DNA from: a virus
Lineage: Duplodnaviria > Caudoviricetes
Length of the DNA stretch: 30,586 nucleotides
Direction: 5' to 3' (one strand)
Virus record (IMG/VR): IMGVR_UViG_3300037499_000079
Location: 1 to 30,586 of that record
Below, one piece after another: positions 26,298 through 30,586 of this stretch. Under the pieces are notes generated by a model. That model was not told where the DNA came from. It ran no database searches and saw only the letters and a program-made list of their open reading frames with translations. Within the stretch, counting starts at the first letter, position 1; each line of letters begins with the position of its first letter. Both the position numbers and the translations under genes were made by a program.

Positions 26298-26545
26298 TAC
26301 AGCGCCTTCTCAACGGCCCCGACCCGGTCGCCCATGCGCCGGATCAACTTGCGGCGGTCGCCACCGGCTCGCCGCTCCCCTGGATCGTCCTCACGGCGAT
26401 CCTCCCCGCGGCGTTCGCCAGGGTCGTAGTCGTGCTGCTCGATGCGCGGGGAGGTGTCGCGCGCCAGGCCACCGCGATCAGGACCCTGATGCAATGGATC
26501 GTCCTGCGGGCGGCTGCAGATCAGGCAGGAACGCGAGTCGTTCAT
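26297..26545 (-). CDS. Small Cys/His protein with ERR/DRR repeats (82 aa)
   Basis: ATGA-coupled start MNDSRSCLICSRPQDDPLH..DPGERRGEDRREDDPGERRAGGDRR. Confidence 0.7.
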   Translation of the reverse strand: MNDSRSCLICSRPQDDPLHQGPDRGGLARDTSPRIEQHDYDPGERRGEDRREDDPGERRAGGDRRKLIRRMGDRVGAVEKAL

Positions 26546-26862
26546 GGGTAGCGGAACCGGTTGGTGAAGTACAGGACCAGCCAGACACCGCTCGGGATGC
26601 TGATCGCCAGGTAGGCCATCACCGCCAGCCCGAACTGGGTGGCGGGCGCGATCTCCCAGCCGAAGAGGTACGCCCCAGCCTGCAACGCCACCCAGGCGGC
26701 CAGCAGGAAGTCGCGGAAGGCGATGACAGCCCGCTCCCGGGTGGGCAGATGCTCCGAGAGGGCATCGGGCGCGAAGAGGGCGGCTACCGCCAGCGGCAGG
26801 ATTGGGATCAGCAGCAGCACCCATGCCGCCGCGGTGACCAGGCCGGGATCGACTTCGTTCAT
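26542..26862 (-). CDS. Three-TM membrane protein (106 aa)
   Basis: ATGA-coupled start MNEVDPGLVTAAAWVLLLIP; three hydrophobic segments. Confidence 0.7.
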   Translation of the reverse strand: MNEVDPGLVTAAAWVLLLIPILPLAVAALFAPDALSEHLPTRERAVIAFRDFLLAAWVALQAGAYLFGWEIAPATQFGLAVMAYLAISIPSGVWLVLYFTNRFRYP

Positions 26863-27053
26863 CGGCTGAACACCGGCCACGGCGCGTAGTAAGCGGTCAT
26901 CCGCGCCTTGCGCCGTGCAAAGGGGCCCATCAGCTCGTAACGAAACATGCCGCATTCGCAGCGATCCGCCTCGGGCTGGTAGGGATTGACCGCCGCGAAG
27001 CGGTGCTGGTGGACAGCCGCAAGCTCGTCAGCCGCCCGCCGCTTCATGGTCAC
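26859..27053 (-). CDS. Small His/Cys protein
   Basis: GTGA overlap with the TadE stop (alternative ATG at 27047); HQHRF..RCECG. Confidence 0.6.
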   Translation of the reverse strand: MTMKRRAADELAAVHQHRFAAVNPYQPEADRCECGMFRYELMGPFARRKARMTAYYAPWPVFSR

Positions 27054-27532
27054 CGCAGCACCGCCCGTTCGATGCGAGTCAGGCCGAAGGTGGCGGTCCA
27101 GGGCGTCCAGAAATGCAGGGTGTCGCGCAGTTGAACCTCGAGCAGCTGCCCGGTGAGCTGGCAGGTCGCCTCGTCGAGCGGCAGCCCGTAGACCTGGTTG
27201 GCCCTGCTGATCGCTACCCCGCACGAGTCGCCCGAGTTACTGGCCCCGGCGATGGCGCCCTCGGCCGCGGCGTGCGCCAGGCGCAGCGACATGAGCTGCG
27301 CCATCCCCACCCAGACGATGCCGAGGATCAGGACCAGCAGGATCGGCAGCATCAGCGCCATCTCGATCATGGCCTGGCCCTTGTGCTTGGACTTCGGCTT
27401 GAGGTGGATCGGGTCGTTCGCGGACGCCCCGCAGCGCTCACCGCCGCGGCCGTAGCCGCAAGCCAGTTGGGAGCCATGCTTCCGTGGCTGGAACGGATGC
27501 GGCTGATGCGGGTCGCCCCCTCGGTGCGACAC
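27050..27532 (-). CDS. tadE: TadE-like pseudopilin with long Cys/His-rich leader
   Basis: KG|QAMIEMALMLPILLVLILGIV class III signal with Glu+5, then LAHAAAEGAIAGA typical of TadE; GTG start 1 nt after the Flp stop. Confidence 0.85.
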   Translation of the reverse strand: MSHRGGDPHQPHPFQPRKHGSQLACGYGRGGERCGASANDPIHLKPKSKHKGQAMIEMALMLPILLVLILGIVWVGMAQLMSLRLAHAAAEGAIAGASNSGDSCGVAISRANQVYGLPLDEATCQLTGQLLEVQLRDTLHFWTPWTATFGLTRIERAVLR

Positions 27533-27533
27533 G

Positions 27534-27683
27534 TCACGGCGTGTTCTGGATGGTCTGGCCGACGTTGCCGAAGAGCTGGGCGACCACCGGGCCCAGGAAG
27601 AGCAGGGCCACGATCACGATGGTCGCGATCAGGGCCAGCAGCAGACCGTACTCGACGAGAGTCTGGCCGCGGAGATCACGCAT
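27534..27683 (-). CDS. flp: Flp/Fap family (Tad) major pilin, 49 aa
   Basis: Absent from the ORF track; AGGAGG RBS then MRDLRG|QTLVEYGLLLALIATIVIVALLFLGPVVAQLFGNVGQTIQNTP*, with the G|xxxxEY Flp motif. Confidence 0.92.
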   Translation of the reverse strand: MRDLRGQTLVEYGLLLALIATIVIVALLFLGPVVAQLFGNVGQTIQNTP

Positions 27684-27692
27684 GAGAGCCTC

Positions 27693-27782
27693 CTAGGTGA
27701 CGGCGAGGACAATGAGGACGAGCCCTGCCCAGTCCCAGGCGGCCACCACACAGCTCAGCACGACGAGCATGGCGCGGATCAC
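27693..27782 (-). CDS. Very small hydrophobic peptide (29 aa)
   Basis: GTGA-coupled; MIRAMLVVLSCVVAAWDWAGLVLIVLAVT*; its TAG stop runs into the flp RBS. Confidence 0.5.
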   Translation of the reverse strand: MIRAMLVVLSCVVAAWDWAGLVLIVLAVT

Positions 27783-27940
27783 TTGGGCTGCCATCGGTAC
27801 AGACCCAGGCAGGTGAGGTTCCAGCCGATCAGGGCCAGCAGGGTGGGGACATCGGTGCGGCCGGTAGCGATGTAGACCGCCACCGTGAAGATCGAGGCCA
27901 GCGTCGCGACCAGGCGCAGCCGGTGCAGCTGGCCGTTCAT
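27779..27940 (-). CDS. Small two-TM membrane protein (53 aa)
   Basis: MNGQLHRLRLVATLASIFTVAVYIATGRTDVPTLLALIGWNLTCLGLYRWQPK*; first gene after attP. Confidence 0.6.
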   Translation of the reverse strand: MNGQLHRLRLVATLASIFTVAVYIATGRTDVPTLLALIGWNLTCLGLYRWQPK

Positions 27941-28008
27941 CGGGCCGGGCCCTGAGCCGCGTAGCACAATGTCAGACGGGCGCCCACGGGGCGCACTCTA
28001 CACCGTGC

Positions 28009-28184
28009 GTAGCCCGTTGGGTAGCCCGTTTAGCATCATCGCCAGCACGAAGTCAGGTGGCTTCGGACCATCAGGTCGCGGGTTCGATTCCTGCCGGGCG
28101 CGCCAAACTGAACACGATCTAGGCTCGTTGAGACCACTTGGGGCTACTCTGCGTCGGGCGCCGTTGCCCGTTCGGTGACCCGTT
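28009..28184. other. attP: attP site: tRNA-derived core with arm-type integrase-binding repeats
   Basis: GTAGCCCGTT at 28009-28018 and 28021-28030; GTTGCCCGTT at 28163-28172 and GTGACCCGTT at 28175-28184 (12-bp period on both sides); inverted GGGCTAC at 28141-28147; tRNA fragment in the centre; integrase nearby. Confidence 0.85.
28056..28105 (+). tRNA. 3' half of tRNA-Arg(UCG), a fragment serving as attP core rather than a complete gene
   Basis: Anticodon arm GGTGG-CTTCGGA-CCATC, variable AGGTC, T arm GCGGG-TTCGATT-CCTGC, acceptor strand CGGGCGC-G-CCA; no D arm or 5' acceptor strand upstream. Confidence 0.85.
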
Positions 28185-28452
28185 AGTGCTCAGCCACCCA
28201 CGCCGCCGTCTTACCGTCAGCCGCGCGGACGTAGCGCCCAGGCAGCCAACCGGCCAGCGACGGCGCGACGTTGACGTTCCAAGTCTCGTGCCAGTCCGCC
28301 CTCAGCGCCGGCGCATCGGGCTTCACGATCCAGCCATCCATCGGTCCGCCGCGGAGCACGACCGAGTCAGGGACCGGATGCTGCAGCCCGGGGCCGCTCT
28401 TCACCATGCGCTTGACGGTGGCCTTCAGGCTGCGGCGCTGGGCGCGGTTCAT
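28183..28452 (-). CDS. Hypothetical protein between integrase and attP (89 aa)
   Basis: MNRAQRR start (or GTG at 28458 overlapping the int stop); VLRGGPMDG motif common in small phage proteins. Confidence 0.7.
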   Translation of the reverse strand: MNRAQRRSLKATVKRMVKSGPGLQHPVPDSVVLRGGPMDGWIVKPDAPALRADWHETWNVNVAPSLAGWLPGRYVRAADGKTAAWVAEH

Positions 28453-28454
28453 GG

Positions 28455-29552
28455 TCACCCGACCATCCTCTCGACTGTTGCCACCACGGCATCGGGAACC
28501 GCGCCGGCCGCGATGTAGTGCTGCTTCGTGACGGTCGTCCGCGAGTGACCGAGCATGCGCGCGATCTCCAGCTCGGACACGCCGGCCTCGGCCAGGCGCG
28601 AGGCGTAGGTCGCCCGTAGCCGGTGGAACGGCAGCCGCGCGATCTTGGCCTGGGCGAGCAGCTGGTAGAGGCGATGCGTGACCCAGCCGCCGTTGAGTGG
28701 CCCGCCTCGCAGGTTGGTGAACACCGGGCCGGTGGAGGTCGGCACGAAGCCAGCCTCGATGACCGTCTCGCGGTGCCTCTGCAGCGCGATGATGACCGCC
28801 GGCGCCAGCGGCACCGCGCGTCGCGAGTGGCGCGTCTTCAGCTCGTCGCGGAGGTAGCGGCCGTCGCGGCGCACCAGCTCGCGCCGGACAGACAGGCGGC
28901 CAGCTACCAGGTCGATGTCTTCCCACGCCAGGCCGAGCAGCTCCCCTTGCCGCAGTCCGGTCCCGATGGCCAGTACGAACAGCGCCTCCAGGCGATCGCC
29001 ACGGACCACGCGGAGCAGGCGATGGACCTCGTCCAGTGACAGCGCTCTCGGCTCCTCGACCGGGACCCGCGGCGCGTCGACGAACTCGCGCGAGGCCACG
29101 TTGCGGGTCAGCAGGCCGGCGCGGACCGCCATGGCCAGGGCGCGGCGCAGGACGGCATGCACGTTGCGCAGTGTCTTCGGCCCGACGGTGGCGCCGACGG
29201 TGGCCAACATCGACTCGACGTGCGTCGGCGACAGGTCGCCCAGCAGGACGCTCCCGATCGCCGGCCGGATGTGGTAGTCGATCGCGTTGGCGTAGGCGTG
29301 GCGGGTGGCGGGGCGGAGGTTGCGCACGTCAGCCACCCATCGCTCGAGGTACGCACCAACCGTCATCCGGCTTGCCGCGATCGGCCGTCGTTGTGCGCGC
29401 AGTTCGGCGAGCGCGGCGTGGGCCTCGGTGCGAGTGGCTCGCGTCCGGCGCACCTTTAGCTGCTGACCGCGTGGACCGATCGCCAGCTGTGCGATCCATT
29501 TGCCGCGTTCGCGGTAGACCGACCCTTGCCCGGGCATCCGTCGCGTCCTCAT
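28455..29552 (-). CDS. int: Tyrosine integrase
   Basis: GQGSVY arm-binding N-terminus; catalytic GLRQGELLGL, LKT, HRLR, LGHS, HY; start ATG 29552 or 29537. Confidence 0.96.
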   Translation of the reverse strand: MRTRRMPGQGSVYRERGKWIAQLAIGPRGQQLKVRRTRATRTEAHAALAELRAQRRPIAASRMTVGAYLERWVADVRNLRPATRHAYANAIDYHIRPAIGSVLLGDLSPTHVESMLATVGATVGPKTLRNVHAVLRRALAMAVRAGLLTRNVASREFVDAPRVPVEEPRALSLDEVHRLLRVVRGDRLEALFVLAIGTGLRQGELLGLAWEDIDLVAGRLSVRRELVRRDGRYLRDELKTRHSRRAVPLAPAVIIALQRHRETVIEAGFVPTSTGPVFTNLRGGPLNGGWVTHRLYQLLAQAKIARLPFHRLRATYASRLAEAGVSELEIARMLGHSRTTVTKQHYIAAGAVPDAVVATVERMVG

Positions 29553-29721
29553 TCGGGGGTGATGATAGCCAGGCCTCCAACTCGTGCAGCAACGTGAACC
29601 AGCGCGGCCCGAGCTTTCGGCCCGGCAGGATGCCGGCGACCAGCCAGCGGCGCACGACCTCCTCGCTGACACCAATGCGCTGCGCGACCTCGCGGGGGGT
29701 GACGGCCAGGCGGTCGGTCAC
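29329..29721 (-). CDS. xis: Excisionase-like helix-turn-helix protein (frame continues into int)
   Basis: GTGA-coupled start VTDRLAVTPREVAQRIGVSEEVVRRWLVAGILPGRKLGPRWF, a MerR/Xis-type winged HTH directly upstream of int. Confidence 0.8.
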   Translation of the reverse strand: MTDRLAVTPREVAQRIGVSEEVVRRWLVAGILPGRKLGPRWFTLLHELEAWLSSPPNEDATDARARVGLPRTRQMDRTAGDRSTRSAAKGAPDASHSHRGPRRARRTARTTTADRGKPDDGWCVPRAMGG

Positions 29722-29900
29722 GGCAGCCTCTTGCCGGCGTGCGTGCGATGCCCGACGTGCCAAGCCCGCTCGCAGCCAAGGACCGGGCAGCGGTAGACGT
29801 TCAGGCTCGAGCTGCTGTCGCCGTCGGCGCGGATGCGGCGGATGGCGGCGCGCGCGGCGCTGCGGCTCGGGTAGGGGTACTTGCGGCAGGGCAGGTTCAT
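29718..29900 (-). CDS. Small zinc-finger-like phage protein (60 aa)
   Basis: CRKYPYPSRSAA..VYRCPVLGCERAWHVGH; coupled at both ends. Confidence 0.75.
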   Translation of the reverse strand: MNLPCRKYPYPSRSAARAAIRRIRADGDSSSSLNVYRCPVLGCERAWHVGHRTHAGKRLP

Positions 29901-30004
29901 GGCCGGAACCGCTCGTACATGCAGAAGCTTAGGTGGCGCCGGTGGTGTCGGCAGACCGGGCAGCCTCGGACGAGGACACGGATGCGGCGGACGAGGCGCT
30001 TCAT
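29897..30004 (-). CDS. Very small Cys/His protein (35 aa)
   Basis: MKRLVRRIRVLVRGCPVCRHHRRHLSFCMYERFRP*; ATGA overlaps at both ends. Confidence 0.55.
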   Translation of the reverse strand: MKRLVRRIRVLVRGCPVCRHHRRHLSFCMYERFRP

Positions 30005-30477
30005 GCCAGGTCCGCCGCGGTGACGGCGACGGCCAGCGCCGACCAGACGTCCTTCGACACCCCGTACAGGGGACCCGGGGACGCCTTCTTGCCGATCGCC
30101 GAGCTGCCGCCGTAGCGGTCGATCAGCGCCTGGCGGATGTTGGTGTCCTTGGCCCGAGCCGAGCCGCACAGGTTGAGCTTCACGGCGCGGCGGCTGACGC
30201 GCTCGAGGATCAGCTCGTGGGCCGCCTCGGCGAAGCATCCGGACCAGAACACCGTCTCGAACACCTCGGCGCCGACGGCCATGCCGAACGACTCGACCTT
30301 CTCGATCGCGATGTGGGTGACGTCCGGGGCCAGCTCGCCATCCTCGCCGCGAAGCAGGAGGAGGAGCGAGAGGTTGTCCCAGATCCCGAAGCTGCGGATC
30401 CCGCCGGCGGGGCCAAGGACCAGCCAGGCCGACTGCACCGGACCCGGGTCGATCGCGAGGCGAATGCGCTCAGCCAT
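30001..30477 (-). CDS. RuvC-like Holliday junction resolvase
   Basis: LAIDPG, IAIE, VKLNLCG..AK and DVWSALAVA match the RuvC/RNase H-fold layout. Confidence 0.8.
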   Translation of the reverse strand: MAERIRLAIDPGPVQSAWLVLGPAGGIRSFGIWDNLSLLLLLRGEDGELAPDVTHIAIEKVESFGMAVGAEVFETVFWSGCFAEAAHELILERVSRRAVKLNLCGSARAKDTNIRQALIDRYGGSSAIGKKASPGPLYGVSKDVWSALAVAVTAADLA

Positions 30478-30586
30478 TGGGGCGCACCGGCTGGTAGGGC
30501 GGTCTGGCGAGCCGCTTCCGCAGCCAGCGACCGAGCCGGGCCAGAAAGCTCGATCGTTTCGACGGTGCGATATGCACAGCGGCGGT
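30470..30586 (-). CDS. 3' end of a hypothetical protein (partial)
   Basis: Open frame ..SFLARLGRWLRKRLARPPYQPVRPNG* whose stop overlaps the start of the resolvase gene. Confidence 0.45.
   Translation of the reverse strand, partial: TAAVHIAPSKRSSFLARLGRWLRKRLARPPYQPVRPNG

Larger units (their letters stand above)
1..30586 (-). mobile_element. Temperate siphovirus genome segment (HK97-like head, long non-contractile tail), apparently in unintegrated (attP-intact) configuration
   Basis: Contiguous terS-terL-portal-protease-capsid-connector-tail tube-chaperone-tape measure-tail tip order, plus lysis genes, integrase and attP; no host housekeeping genes seen. Confidence 0.95.

Noticed and set aside
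27980-27994. GCGCCC-ACG-GGGCGC as the missing 5' acceptor strand of a split or intron-containing tRNA
   Set aside because: It pairs locally with itself, is followed by no D arm, and the intervening sequence is explained by arm-type repeats.
28056-28105. Complete functional tRNA gene
   Set aside because: No D arm or 5' acceptor strand (GCGCCCG) at the required distance; only the 3' half is present, consistent with an attP core.
339-30115. Many long plus-strand ORFs (e.g. 13685..15115, 18207..19745, 20399..21730, 11768..12829)
   Set aside because: They are antisense shadows of well-supported minus-strand genes, expected in high-GC DNA, and show no recognisable motifs.

Overview
The whole window is part of a high-GC temperate siphovirus (HK97-like head, long non-contractile tail). 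Nearly all genes lie on the minus strand and are tightly coupled by overlapping stop/start codons. In transcription order (right to left): RuvC-like resolvase, two small Cys/His proteins, excisionase-like HTH, tyrosine integrase, a small ORF, and an intact attP (3' half of a tRNA-Arg(UCG) flanked by arm-type repeats). Next come an accessory cassette with a Flp pilin, a TadE-like pseudopilin and small membrane/Zn-finger proteins, then an M23 endolysin with holin-like genes. The packaging and head region holds terS, a glycosyltransferase/SGNH/acyltransferase insert, terL, a portal ending in a Com-like zinc ribbon, two putative fibre/decoration genes, an S49 protease, the major capsid and two more glycosyltransferases. 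Head-tail joining, tail tube, chaperone, tape measure, Dit and a multi-domain tail tip follow. The most unusual items are (i) phage-encoded Tad pilins without assembly machinery beside attP, (ii) a portal-Com fusion together with a 16-bp hairpin burying the protease RBS, and (iii) a probable virion glycosylation/acylation module with a Pro/Thr-rich repeat protein. All calls come from motif recognition by eye; no searches were run.
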